Origin: Planctomycetota bacterium
Lineage (GTDB): Bacteria > Planctomycetota > UBA8108 > SXIK01
Reading direction: 5' to 3'
Assembly (NCBI GenBank): GCA_965223845.1
Contig: CBDCXR010000004.1
Coordinates: forward strand, 4,768,001-4,832,000
Length of the DNA stretch: 64,000 nt
Made by a program: the position numbers and the translations under genes. Positions 54,240 through 64,000 of this stretch are shown here, in pieces (position 1 is the stretch's first letter; each line of letters begins with the position of its first letter). The notes under the pieces were generated by a model. It searched no databases and had not been told where the DNA came from. It saw only the letters and a program-made list of their open reading frames with translations.

Positions 54240-55310
54240 ATGCGATCTCTACTGTTCCTCTTCGCGCTCACGCTCGTCCCGGTGACGCCGTCGCTCGCTC
54301 AGAGAGATAAAAAAGCCGAGCGAGAGCTCATGAACGATCTCTCGCATGTCGCGCTGGACCCCGCCTTCCACGTGCAAGGGGAGTACGTCGGACACGTCAC
54401 CGTCGGCGAGAAGCAGAAGCTCGGGCTTCAGGTGATCGCGCGAGGGAATCGGACGTTCGAGGCTTGGGCGCATTGGGGCGGTCTACCGGGCGCGGGTTGG
54501 GATCGCTCGCGCGAGCTCAAGCTGGCCGGCAAGACGAAGCGGGCGACCACCGTGCTCGAGCCGGCCGAGCCCACGAAACACGAAAAAGAACGGCGTCTCT
54601 CGCGAGCCAAGGTGACGCACGGCGAACGGGATGCTGCGATCGGCTCGATCAGGATCGAGTTCGGAGCTGCGGACGTCCTCGGCCCGGGCGGCGCGAAGAT
54701 CGGCCGACTGAGTCGCGTTATTCGCAAGAGCCCGACGCTCGGAAAGAAGCCGCCGGCGGGCGCGATCGCATTTTTCGACGGAAGCTCGACGGACGGATTC
54801 AACGGCGGACGGCTCGCCCCGGACGGATTCCTCATGCACGGCACGGAGACGAAAACCCCTCACCGCAGCGGAACGTTCCACATCGAGTTCCGCTTGCCGT
54901 TCATGCCGAACGACCGGGGTCAGGGCCGCGGGAACAGCGGGGTGTACTTTCAGAAGCGATACGAAGTGCAGGTGCTCGACTCGTTTGGTCTCGCGGGCTT
55001 CCACAACGAATGCGGCGGGATTTATTCCAAAGCGGATCCAGCCGTGAATATGTGCCTCCCGCCCATGCAGTGGCAGACGTACGACGTCGAGTTCACCGAG
55101 GCGAAGTACGACGACAGCGGGAAGCGGGTCGAGCACGCCCTGCTGACCGTTTGGCACAACGGAGTTCTGATCCACAAGGATCAACCCGTCGACAAGAGAA
55201 CGACGGCGGCCCGCGCGAAGAACGATGGCCCGGATCCGGAGCCGCTCGACCTCCAGAACCACAGCTGTCCGGTGCGCTACCGGAACATCTGGTTCGTGCC
55301 GCGCGATTGA
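54240..55310 (+). CDS. DUF1080 (3-keto-disaccharide hydrolase-like) secreted protein
   Basis: Signal peptide; FDGSS; GNSGVY; YEVQVLDS; WQTYDV; LQNH..PVRYRNIW. Confidence 0.88.
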   Translation: MRSLLFLFALTLVPVTPSLAQRDKKAERELMNDLSHVALDPAFHVQGEYVGHVTVGEKQKLGLQVIARGNRTFEAWAHWGGLPGAGWDRSRELKLAGKTKRATTVLEPAEPTKHEKERRLSRAKVTHGERDAAIGSIRIEFGAADVLGPGGAKIGRLSRVIRKSPTLGKKPPAGAIAFFDGSSTDGFNGGRLAPDGFLMHGTETKTPHRSGTFHIEFRLPFMPNDRGQGRGNSGVYFQKRYEVQVLDSFGLAGFHNECGGIYSKADPAVNMCLPPMQWQTYDVEFTEAKYDDSGKRVEHALLTVWHNGVLIHKDQPVDKRTTAARAKNDGPDPEPLDLQNHSCPVRYRNIWFVPRD

Positions 55311-55537
55311 GCGGGCGGCGCCCCGGGTCGGTGCTCCCGGATGCCGAATGACCGAAAATTCATTTAGGTCGCCCGCCCGGAACGTCGAAGCAGGGGATGT
55401 TCCGAATCCATCGGGGCGGCACGATGGCGCGCATCGAAGCAGCCTCCGTACGAAGAGAGCGATGCTTTGACTCTTCGTTCTGGCGGTCGTCGTGGAGACG
55501 GCCGTCGATCCTGACTCGGCGGTGAAGACGCACTCGC

Positions 55538-57016
55538 ATGCTGTTCAATTCCTACGTCTTCATTTTCGCCTTCCTCCCGTGCTGCCTCCTCGGCTACGCC
55601 CTCCTCTCGCGGAGAGGTTCGCGGAGCGCGGGAATCGTCTGGCTCACCGCTTGCTCGCTCTTCTACTACGGCTGGTGGGATCCGAAGTACCTCGGATTGA
55701 TCCTCGGCTCGATCATCGCGAACTTCGCGCTCGGCGTGCACTTGGGGCGGGAGCGAGCGGCCTCGAGGCGGGCCGTGCTCGTCGTCGGGATCGTCGCCAA
55801 CCTCGCCCTTCTCGGGTACTTCAAGTACACGGGGTTCTTTCTCGAAACGCTGAACCGCGCACTCGGAACCGAGTGGAGCACGCCCCCGATCGTTCTCCCT
55901 CTCGCGATCTCGTTCTTCACCTTTCAGCAGATCGCCTATCTCGTCGACGCGTACCAGCACAAGGCGCGCGAGTATCGATTCGCCGACTACAGCCTCTTCG
56001 TCACCTTCTTCCCGCAGCTCATCGCGGGCCCGATCGTGCATCACAAAGAGATGCTGCCGCAGTTCACGGAGCGCGGTCCGTACCGTCTGAACGCCCGCGA
56101 TCTCGGAGTTGGCGGCACGATCTTCTTCATCGGCCTATTCAAGAAGACGGTGATCGCCGACACCTGCGCCTCGTTCGCGTCGCCGATTTTCGACAGCGTG
56201 GCGGGGGGAGCGACGGCGAGCTTTTTCGACGGCTGGGTCGCGGCGCTCGCCTACACGCTCCAGCTCTATTTCGACTTCTCCGGTTACTCCGACATGGCGA
56301 TCGGAGCCGCGCGCCTCTTCGGTATCCGACTTCCGCTCAACTTTTTCTCGCCGTACAAGGCGACGAACATCGTCGAGTTCTGGCGACGCTGGCACATGAC
56401 GCTCTCGCGATTTCTACGCGACTATCTGTACATCGCGCTCGGTGGAAATCGGCGCGGACCCGCGCGCCGCTACGTCAATCTGTTCGCGACGATGCTGCTC
56501 GGCGGGCTCTGGCACGGCGCCGGCTGGACATTCGTCATCTGGGGTGGACTCCACGGGTCCTACTTGTGCGTGAATCACGTCTGGCGAGTCCTGCGGCAGC
56601 GCCTGGCGCCGGATCGCGAAGTGAGCTGGATCGAGCGCAGGGTCTACCATGCGCTGACGTTCTTCGCGGTCGTCGTCGGCTGGGTTTTCTTTCGCGCCGC
56701 CGACTTCGACACCGCGGTGAGCGTGCTCTCGAGCATGATCGGCGCAAACGGGTTGACGTTTCCGAGCGAACTCAAGTTCTACGCGGCCGTCCCCGCGATC
56801 ACCGCGGGCTTGATCGTCGCGTGGTGGCTGCCGAATACGGCGCAGCTACTGCGCAGTCAGAATCCCGTCCTCGAGACGTACTCTCTCGAAGGCGAACGGC
56901 CGACTCTCCTCGAGTGGAAACCGACGCTGCGGTGGGCCGTCGTGGCTGCCGCGCTGACGCTATCGGCAGTCCTTCTCATGTCTCGCGCCAGTGAATTCAT
57001 CTACTATCAATTCTGA
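55538..57016 (+). CDS. MBOAT O-acyltransferase (AlgI/PatA-like)
   Basis: MLFNS, LPLAISFFTFQ, FFPQLIAGPI, DFSGYSDMA, FWRRWHMTLS, GLWHGA. Confidence 0.93.
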   Translation: MLFNSYVFIFAFLPCCLLGYALLSRRGSRSAGIVWLTACSLFYYGWWDPKYLGLILGSIIANFALGVHLGRERAASRRAVLVVGIVANLALLGYFKYTGFFLETLNRALGTEWSTPPIVLPLAISFFTFQQIAYLVDAYQHKAREYRFADYSLFVTFFPQLIAGPIVHHKEMLPQFTERGPYRLNARDLGVGGTIFFIGLFKKTVIADTCASFASPIFDSVAGGATASFFDGWVAALAYTLQLYFDFSGYSDMAIGAARLFGIRLPLNFFSPYKATNIVEFWRRWHMTLSRFLRDYLYIALGGNRRGPARRYVNLFATMLLGGLWHGAGWTFVIWGGLHGSYLCVNHVWRVLRQRLAPDREVSWIERRVYHALTFFAVVVGWVFFRAADFDTAVSVLSSMIGANGLTFPSELKFYAAVPAITAGLIVAWWLPNTAQLLRSQNPVLETYSLEGERPTLLEWKPTLRWAVVAAALTLSAVLLMSRASEFIYYQF

Positions 57017-58208
57017 TCCGACCCCTTCGGTCTCCGACGACTCCGATCGCCCGTTCCACCGGTACCTGATCGTTTGGATCGGTCTGGCCGGAGCGATGCT
57101 CGTCGCGGCGGCCCTGGGGAACGTGCTCATCGACCCGGACTACGTCTATCCAGACGTCAGCGTCGACCGACTCTCGCCCTACCGGCAGAATCTCAACTCG
57201 CGGATCGCGAAGTCCGCACTCGTCGCGCGAAACGAAGCCGACGTGATCCTCGTCGGGAGCTCGCGGACCGAGGTCGCGTTCGATCCGTCGAATGAGGCGT
57301 GGAATCCCGAGCGTGCCGTGAACGCCGGCCTCGAGAGCACGAGCATCCTAGAGCTCGCGCGAGTCGTCGAGCTGGCCGTCCAGCAGCCGCGGACGAAGAC
57401 CATCGTCCTCTTGATCGACTTCTTGATGTTCGATGCACGCCGCGGGTACGGCCACGAGTTCGAGCGTTCACTGTTCTCTCCCGAGCGAACCGCGCTCGAG
57501 TTTCACCTCGAGAACCTGCTCGGTTGGCGAGCGACGAAGGGGTCGGCGATCTCCGTCGCCCGCGCTGCGCTCGGTCGTCCGACGAAACGAAACCCGGATG
57601 GCCACCTTCGCGTCGTCGCCGAGAAGCCGCGGCACCGACACATGTTTCGCGTCACTCTCGGTCAGTTTCACCGCGAGGTGTTCGCCGAGTACGAGCGAGG
57701 CGATGCACCGATCGCGACGTTTCGTAGCATCCTCGAGACCGCTCGAGGCGCATCCGTTCGGATCCTCGTGGGAATCCTTCCCGTGCACGCGCTTCATCTC
57801 GAGCTCATCCGAGCGTCCGGCCGGGCGGAGGAATTCGCGGAGTGGAAGCGCGAACTCGTCCGCGTCGTGAGCGAAGTCAGTGCGACTGCGCCAGGCGACG
57901 AAATCCCGCTCTGGGACTTCACCGGCTACCACCGCTACGCGACCGAGTCGATCCCGCCCGACGAACCCGACGCTCCGGAGATGCGGTGGTTCTGGGAAAA
58001 CTCCCATTGCCGGAGCGAATTGGGTGCGCTCGTCGTCGCCCGAATGCTGGACCGCGTGCACCCGGATCTCGATCCGCAGTTCGGCGTGCGTCTCACTCCG
58101 GAATCGATCGAGGACGCGCTCGCCCGGCTCGAATCCGACGGACGCCGTTACCGCGAGTCCGAACCGGAGGCGATGGAGCTACTCCGAAGCGCCCTCGGGC
58201 AGCGTTGA
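56991..58208 (+). CDS. Membrane-anchored SGNH-like partner of the MBOAT
   Basis: N-terminal TM; IDP; ILVGSSR; WFWENSH (D/E-x-x-H); overlaps the MBOAT end. Confidence 0.7.
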   Translation: MNSSTINSDPTPSVSDDSDRPFHRYLIVWIGLAGAMLVAAALGNVLIDPDYVYPDVSVDRLSPYRQNLNSRIAKSALVARNEADVILVGSSRTEVAFDPSNEAWNPERAVNAGLESTSILELARVVELAVQQPRTKTIVLLIDFLMFDARRGYGHEFERSLFSPERTALEFHLENLLGWRATKGSAISVARAALGRPTKRNPDGHLRVVAEKPRHRHMFRVTLGQFHREVFAEYERGDAPIATFRSILETARGASVRILVGILPVHALHLELIRASGRAEEFAEWKRELVRVVSEVSATAPGDEIPLWDFTGYHRYATESIPPDEPDAPEMRWFWENSHCRSELGALVVARMLDRVHPDLDPQFGVRLTPESIEDALARLESDGRRYRESEPEAMELLRSALGQR

Positions 58209-58871
58209 CCCGGATTCCGGCTTCCGCAGCGTCTCCGCTGCGCGCTGCATCGCGATGCCGAACGCGACGGCGACGTTGAACGATTCCTTCACGCGGCCGA
58301 GCATCGGAATCTCGACGTGGACCGGACAACGCTCGAGGAGTGCGTCCGCGACTCCGACGACTTCGTTCCCGAACACGAGACAGGGACGCGCCGGCCACTC
58401 CGCGTCCGCTAGCGCGACGGAACGGCTCGATCGCTCGACCGCGACGGGGGTGAATCCTCGCGCGAGGGCGGTGTCCACGGCTCCCGCGGCGTCGGCGGAG
58501 TACGACCACGCGACGGCCTCGTCCGCACCGAGTGCGGTCTTCGTGATCTCGGGTCGCGGCGGACAACCAGTGATTCCGGCGAGAAACAGGTGCTCCACCC
58601 CGCAGAGATCCGCGGTGCGAAACATCGAGCCGACGTTCCAGAGGCTCCGCACGTTGTCGAGAACGGCTGCGAGTGGCAGTCGCGGTCCGTCGCGCCCCAC
58701 CCCACCGGCGATTCGCCGCGCCTTCTCCGCGAGGCGCTCGGCGACGTCGACCGGCTTCGCGGTCATGCGTCGCCCGCACTCGATGCAGTACACATTGCGG
58801 CCGAGTCGCCCGAGCGGGAGATGGAACTCCGCCTCACACTCCGGATTCGGACAGCGGACGCGGGCGCTCAT
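58179..58871 (-). CDS. TrmH/SpoU RNA methyltransferase with N-terminal zinc ribbon
   Basis: LDNVRSLWNVGSMFRTAD, FGNEVVGV, IPMLG.KESFNVAVA; CPNPEC..CIEC. Confidence 0.88.
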   Translation of the reverse strand: MSARVRCPNPECEAEFHLPLGRLGRNVYCIECGRRMTAKPVDVAERLAEKARRIAGGVGRDGPRLPLAAVLDNVRSLWNVGSMFRTADLCGVEHLFLAGITGCPPRPEITKTALGADEAVAWSYSADAAGAVDTALARGFTPVAVERSSRSVALADAEWPARPCLVFGNEVVGVADALLERCPVHVEIPMLGRVKESFNVAVAFGIAMQRAAETLRKPESGSTLPEGASE

Positions 58872-58901
58872 CGCTTGGCCTCGTTCACGGATCGCACGCC
58901 A

Positions 58902-60011
58902 TCACGGCTCGAGAGGGAGCGCCGACGCGCGGAGGACCGTCTCCTGGACGGCGAGGTCGTGAGCGGGCGGAAAGTCGGATGCCTTTTCACCGCGGATGAT
59001 CTGCGCGAAATCCCGCGCGTCGTCCACGTACCGAACGTACTTCGAGAACGTTACGTCCTGATAGCCCGCACGAAACGATCGCCCGTCCTCGATGCTTCGA
59101 GATCGCGAGAGCGCGACACGCGCGCGCGGAGAATCGAGCGGCTGGATGTGAAACGTCCCTTCGGTCCCGCAGACGACGAAATGTCGCCGCGAAAAGCCTT
59201 CGACTTCCTGCGCGCTCGACTTCACCGTCGCGGTCGCGCGCGGGTACTCGAGCACCGCGAGCATATTGTCGACGAGCGCGTCGTCGATAGGAGAGGAGCG
59301 GCGCGGATACGCGGTGACTCGACCCGGCTTTCCGAGGACCCCCACCGCGAGGTCGATGATATGGCAGCCGAGCTCGAAGAGTATGCCGCCGGGATACTCA
59401 CTGAGCGCCTGGCGACTCGCGCGTCCGACGACCTTGCTCATCACGGCGTGAAGTTCGAAGATCTCGCCCAGCCATCCTCTCGCGAGAAACTCTCGCAAGA
59501 GTACGATCGCCGGGTTGTAACGGTACATATACCCCATCTGAACGACGCGCTCCTTCGCCTCGGCCGTCGCGAGAACGCGACGAAAGGCGGAGAGGCTCGA
59601 TCCGGCAGGCTTGTCGAGATGGATCGAGAGACCCGCGTCGACCGCGACCTGCGCGTTCTCGAGAAGGTCGCGCACCTCGGTCTCGACGGCGACCGCCTGA
59701 AGCCCCGGGGTTTCGAGGAGCTGGTCTCGCGTCATCCAGCGCAGGCCGCGGTAGACCTCGCTCTTCTCCGCGGCCGCGCGACGATCGGCATTCGGCTCGA
59801 CCACGCCGACCACTTCGAACTCCGGCGACTCGCGGTAGGAGCGCATCTTCCCGTCCGCGTGGGCGTGCGCGACGCCGAGTTGACCGATCCTGATCGGATC
59901 CGGCTTCGCGCGGGCGGGCCGAGCGTCCGGGAACGCCCGCGCGCCCCCGGCGAGACCGACGCTTCCGGCGACGCCGGCGAGAAGAAGCCGACGGCGGGTA
60001 AACCTTCGCAT
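58902..60011 (-). CDS. Gfo/Idh/MocA oxidoreductase (Tat substrate)
   Basis: TRRRLL signal; LDKP; GYMYRYNP; GGILFELGCH. Confidence 0.9.
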   Translation of the reverse strand: MRRFTRRRLLLAGVAGSVGLAGGARAFPDARPARAKPDPIRIGQLGVAHAHADGKMRSYRESPEFEVVGVVEPNADRRAAAEKSEVYRGLRWMTRDQLLETPGLQAVAVETEVRDLLENAQVAVDAGLSIHLDKPAGSSLSAFRRVLATAEAKERVVQMGYMYRYNPAIVLLREFLARGWLGEIFELHAVMSKVVGRASRQALSEYPGGILFELGCHIIDLAVGVLGKPGRVTAYPRRSSPIDDALVDNMLAVLEYPRATATVKSSAQEVEGFSRRHFVVCGTEGTFHIQPLDSPRARVALSRSRSIEDGRSFRAGYQDVTFSKYVRYVDDARDFAQIIRGEKASDFPPAHDLAVQETVLRASALPLEP

Positions 60012-60224
60012 GGCGATCACTCGCTGAATGGGGACTCGTCTCTGGGAACGAACGACTCTGTTCCGGCCGCCGAGCGCAGTGCTTCCGTCGCCTGACGGTG
60101 CGTTCGTTGTACGAAAGGGAGGCCCGATTGCAGAGGGCGTTCTTGCGGATCGACCGGAGCAGTGCGACAAAACGGTTGGACGGAAGGGCGCACGCAGTGG
60201 GCAGGATCGAGGGAGGATCCTGAG

Positions 60225-61613
60225 ATGAGACGTCGATCGCCAGGTAGAAGCGTGGCGTGTGCGTCGTTCTTCGTCGTGACCGTTTGTTCACTCGGCGGCG
60301 GCGACGCGGCGGGCAAAGGGAGATTTCCGGGAGTTGTCGCCGGACGCGTCGTCGACGCGAGCGGCCAGCCGATCGCGGGAGCCTACGTCGGAGCGGGAGA
60401 GTTCGGCGACTCCGGCGGCTCCAACTACGAGCGCCACCGCGCGAGCGGTCGCCACGCCTCGACGCGTTCGGGGGCGGACGGCGAGTTCGAGCTCCGCGGT
60501 CTCGCTATCCGGGGACGGGAGGAAGTCCCGCTCGTCCACCCCATCGTCGTTTCGCACCCGGACTTCGTCACGGCGCGAACGTCACTCGTCGCGGCGCGAG
60601 CGCCCGAGCGAGAGGAGATCCGGCTCACGCCAGCGGCGACGCTGCGCGTCCGTGCCGAAGGCGAGTTTCCGCCGGCGACGAACGTCGCTTGGCTCATCCG
60701 TCTCCGCGCGCTCGACGGTCACCGGTTCACGCCGCCGGGACGGGACCCGCACCTCTCGGCGTTTCGACGATCGACGTGGTCCCAGTGGCAGTCGACGCCG
60801 GTTGCCTCGTTCGGCAGTCTCCGGGCCGGCGAGTACGCGATCGACGTCCTGCGAGTCGCGCTCGGAGAAGCCGGCGAGCTCCCGGGGACGAGCGGAGGCG
60901 TTTGGATCGGATCGAGCGGCGTCCGCTTTCACGGCGCCACCACGGTGTCCGCCGCGGCGGGGGAGGCGAGCGAGGTCGCGATTCGGGCCGAGGACCACGG
61001 GACCGCACTCGACGTTCACCTACCGCGCATCGTGCGCGATGGTCGCGAGCTCGAGCTCCCGCAGATCATTCTTCTGAGTCGGCGCGCCGGGCTCGCGGTG
61101 TGGAGCGATGACCGGGTGCGATCGCCCGAGTCGGCGCGTCTCGGCCGACTCACCGCCGCCGCGCTCACTCACGGTCTCGCGGCGGCCAAGACGATCCGCT
61201 TCGAGAATCTTCCACCCGGGAAGTACGCGATCTTCGCCGGACCGATCGTGTCCCCGCGCGGCGTCGCCGTGGAGGTCGTCCGCCGCGCAACGAACAGCGT
61301 CGAGATTCCGTGGACGGATCCGATCGGCGAGTCGCGAGTGCGTCTCGGCGGCCTCGAACGCTCGCTCGAGCTCGGGGAAAACGCGGGGCGGGTGATCAGC
61401 GCGAGCGAGGTGATCGCGATCCTGAAGACGGTCCTCTCCCCGACGAAGATTTCGCTCGACGAGCGCCTCCGAAGCGCGACGATCGAGCTGCCGGAGGCGG
61501 ATTCGCTCGCTGCCTGGGCGATGTTCGAGTTCCTGCACGCCCGCTACGGGTGGCGGCTCGAGGAGCGCGGAGACGGAGCGCTCGTTCTTCTTCCGAGCGC
61601 CGCCAGCGGCTGA
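60225..61613 (+). CDS. Secreted protein with a carboxypeptidase-regulatory-like domain
   Basis: VAGRVVDASGQPIAGAYV...SGADGEFELRGL; FENLPPGKY. Confidence 0.7.
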   Translation: MRRRSPGRSVACASFFVVTVCSLGGGDAAGKGRFPGVVAGRVVDASGQPIAGAYVGAGEFGDSGGSNYERHRASGRHASTRSGADGEFELRGLAIRGREEVPLVHPIVVSHPDFVTARTSLVAARAPEREEIRLTPAATLRVRAEGEFPPATNVAWLIRLRALDGHRFTPPGRDPHLSAFRRSTWSQWQSTPVASFGSLRAGEYAIDVLRVALGEAGELPGTSGGVWIGSSGVRFHGATTVSAAAGEASEVAIRAEDHGTALDVHLPRIVRDGRELELPQIILLSRRAGLAVWSDDRVRSPESARLGRLTAAALTHGLAAAKTIRFENLPPGKYAIFAGPIVSPRGVAVEVVRRATNSVEIPWTDPIGESRVRLGGLERSLELGENAGRVISASEVIAILKTVLSPTKISLDERLRSATIELPEADSLAAWAMFEFLHARYGWRLEERGDGALVLLPSAASG

Positions 61614-62036
61614 TCGGCACCCAGGCGAGGGGGACGCGGACGGGCGGTTCGGCCCGCGCCGGCGGAAGCGGGGTTTCCCATGAGAAATTCACGCGTGGCG
61701 ACCGGGTACAATTGAGTAGGATCAAGCGTCCGGCGCCGCGGCACCCGCCAATTCCGGGTAAAATCCCGCAGCGAGCCCGTGAGGCCCTCTCGACCTGGAT
61801 CCGTTCGAATCCCGAGTTTCCCCCGACGACCGCAGGAGCAAGGCCGCCGCGAGGCTCCGGGTCGCCGCAAGGACGTACCGTCGCCCTACTGGAGTCGCCG
61901 ACTCGACTCCTCGGACCCGTTCCCTTCGGACCGGATCGGCGAGACCGTGCACCTGGCGGCGCACGAATCGCCCGGGGGTAGGACGGGGCTCGACGGTCCG
62001 TCTCGGTTCTTTCCCTCTCGACCCCGAACTAGCCGA

Positions 62037-64000
62037 ATGAAGCCCCTCTCGACGACTCCGTATCGCACACTTCTGCTGACCGCGCTCCTCGCCTGCGGAT
62101 CGGTCGCGACGTTCGCCGCCGACTGGCCGATGTGGCGCGCCGACGCCGCCCGCACGGGGAATTCGACCGAGCAGCTCCCCGAGGAGCTCCATCTGCAATG
62201 GACGCTCACCCTCCCGCCGCCGCAGCCGGCGTGGCCGTCGAATCAGGACAAGCTTCAGTTCGATCGCCTGTACGAACCGATCATCGTCGGCGACACACTC
62301 ATCGTTCCGTCGATGCTGAGCGATCGCGTCACCGCCTACGATCTCGCCTCGGGCGAGGAGCGCTGGCGCTTCTACGCGGGAGGGCCGGTCCGATTCGCCC
62401 CCGCCGCTTGGGGCGAGAGCGTGTACTTCGTCTCGGACGACGGCTACCTCTACTGCGTCTCGGTAGCCGACGGTAGCCTCCGCTGGCGCTTTCGCGGCGG
62501 TCCCGAGGACCGCTACATCCTCGGCAACGATCGCCTCGTGAGCCTCTGGCCCGCGCGCGGCGGACCGGTCGTCCACGACGGGACCGTCTACTTCGGAGCC
62601 AGCATCTGGCCGTTTATGGGGATCTTCATCCACGCGCTCGATGCCGAGTCGGGTGCGGTGATCTGGACGAACAGCGGAAACGGCACCGACTACCTCACCC
62701 AGCAGCACAACAGCCCGGCCTTCTCGGGCGTGTCACCGCAGGGCTACATGGCGGTCCGCGGTGATCGACTCGTCATTTCCGGCGGCCGCACGATCCCGGC
62801 CGTCTACGATCGCCACACGGGCGAATTCCTCCACTTTAACGTCGCGAGTCGAAAGATGGGCTCGAAGGGCGGCGGCGGCTACGAGGTCGTCGTCGGCGAG
62901 AACTTCTATCTCAACCGCGGCTCGATGTACCGCCTCGACAACGGCAAGTTCGTCGTCGCGATGGACGCGCTCATCGTCTCGCCGAACGCGATCATCGGAA
63001 AGGACAAGGAAGGCGTAGCGGCGTACCGCCCGCGGTGGGAAGAGAAGGTCACGAAGGACCGAAAGGGAAAGGAAACGAAGTCGATCGTCGTCAAGAAGAT
63101 CTGGACGACCCCGGTCGACGAAGCTCTCGACGAGGTGTTCATCAAGAGCGGCACTCGCCTCTACGCAACGGGGAAGAACGGTGACATCGTCGCGCTCGAG
63201 CTACCGCAGCTCGACCGCGAGGCGGGCGTATCCTGGAGGACGAGCATCCCCGACAAGCCGCTCAATATGATCAGCGGCGGCGGTCGGCTCGTCGTGACGA
63301 CGGATCGCGGCCGGATCTATTGCTTCGGCGCGGAAGACCGCGACCTGGAGATTCCTCCACTCGAAACGGAAGTCTCGATCATCCCGCGCGAATCGATCTG
63401 GAGCTACTTCGACCGCGGCGCGGCGCCGGAGGGTTCGTGGACGAGCAAGGCTTACGACGACTCGAAGTGGGCGAAGGGACCCGCGCAGCTCGGCTACGGC
63501 GACGGGGACGAGGCCACCGAGGTCTCGTTCGGAGAGAACGAAAAACAAAAGCATCCGACGACCTATTTTCGCCATCGCTTCGAAGTTCCGGCGGGGGTCG
63601 AGGTGAAGAGCGTGGAGCTGAGGGCGCTCGTCGATGATGGCGCGGTGTTCTATTTCGATGGCGCCGCGATCGGTCGACTTCGACTCCCGGAAAAGGATGT
63701 GAAGTACTCGACGTTCGCCGAGAAAGACTCGGGAGACGAAAAGAAGTTCGAATCTGTGCCACTCGACGCGGCGCTGCTGACCCCGGGCGTCCACTGTATC
63801 GCGGTGGAGGTCCACCAGTCGAAAGCCGCGAGCTCGGACCTCAGCTTCGCGCTCGAGCTCAAGGCGAAGGCGGTGCTACCCGCATCGAAGCCGGCAAAAC
63901 CGCCGAAGGACGAGTGGTCGCTCGCCGCGGGCCGCATCATCCGCCAATCGGGACGCCGCGAAGGGTACGCGGTCGTCCTCGGACTCGACTCGCCGCGGCT
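62037..64000 (+). CDS. PQQ-type beta-propeller (BamB-like) protein with inserted beta-sandwich; partial, runs off the window
   Basis: Not in the ORF track. Reads MKPLSTTPYRTLLLTALLACGSVATFAADWPMWRADAARTG..., WRFYAGGPVRFAP, SDDGYLYC, SPQGY; no stop seen before the window end. Confidence 0.88.
   Translation, partial: MKPLSTTPYRTLLLTALLACGSVATFAADWPMWRADAARTGNSTEQLPEELHLQWTLTLPPPQPAWPSNQDKLQFDRLYEPIIVGDTLIVPSMLSDRVTAYDLASGEERWRFYAGGPVRFAPAAWGESVYFVSDDGYLYCVSVADGSLRWRFRGGPEDRYILGNDRLVSLWPARGGPVVHDGTVYFGASIWPFMGIFIHALDAESGAVIWTNSGNGTDYLTQQHNSPAFSGVSPQGYMAVRGDRLVISGGRTIPAVYDRHTGEFLHFNVASRKMGSKGGGGYEVVVGENFYLNRGSMYRLDNGKFVVAMDALIVSPNAIIGKDKEGVAAYRPRWEEKVTKDRKGKETKSIVVKKIWTTPVDEALDEVFIKSGTRLYATGKNGDIVALELPQLDREAGVSWRTSIPDKPLNMISGGGRLVVTTDRGRIYCFGAEDRDLEIPPLETEVSIIPRESIWSYFDRGAAPEGSWTSKAYDDSKWAKGPAQLGYGDGDEATEVSFGENEKQKHPTTYFRHRFEVPAGVEVKSVELRALVDDGAVFYFDGAAIGRLRLPEKDVKYSTFAEKDSGDEKKFESVPLDAALLTPGVHCIAVEVHQSKAASSDLSFALELKAKAVLPASKPAKPPKDEWSLAAGRIIRQSGRREGYAVVLGLDSPR

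Noticed and set aside
509-60095. Many long antisense or alternate-frame ORFs (e.g. 509-2110, 18190-19791, 21743-23248, 24406-25650, 41291-42766, 58590-60095)
   Set aside because: Shadow ORFs typical of high-GC DNA: Arg/Ser-rich, no motifs, and overlapping well-supported genes.
61795-61820. tRNA-like GTTCGAATCCC (similar at ~25990)
   Set aside because: No paired T-stem, cloverleaf or acceptor stem.
1-64000. CRISPR array, rRNA, integrase or transposase
   Set aside because: No regularly spaced direct repeats or recognisable motifs seen; the repeats found are protein-domain repeats or the single inverted-repeat element.

Overview
GC-rich bacterial DNA, very probably Planctomycetota: it carries a DUF1501 + PSD1/PSCyt cytochrome pair, DUF1080, a CotH/LTD protein, a PQQ-propeller protein and many 'FxRGDxNxDG' dockerin-like modules. 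About 38 genes. Housekeeping and metabolism: adk, lepA-hemW, hemB, LOG, TrmH, DMT, an MCP, PqiA/PqiB, an MBOAT pair and an AtuA/acyl-CoA cluster. The dominant signal is seven secreted proteins carrying the same Cys-containing dockerin-like module. Two are tandem paralogues made only of strictly alternating dockerin-like and cohesin-like domains (D-C-D-C-D-C-D and D-C-D-C-D). One is a dockerin-only peptide, and four carry cargo. Four of these genes (possibly five) have an upstream sigma54-type GG-N10-TTGC promoter, and the window begins with the Fis-type HTH tail of a probable sigma54 activator next to the scaffold pair. This suggests a co-regulated, non-cellulolytic, possibly self-polymerising extracellular dockerin-cohesin network. 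There is also a 208-bp intergenic element with 37-bp perfect inverted arms. No rRNA, tRNA, CRISPR array or transposase was recognised. All domain calls are motif recognition by eye, not database searches.
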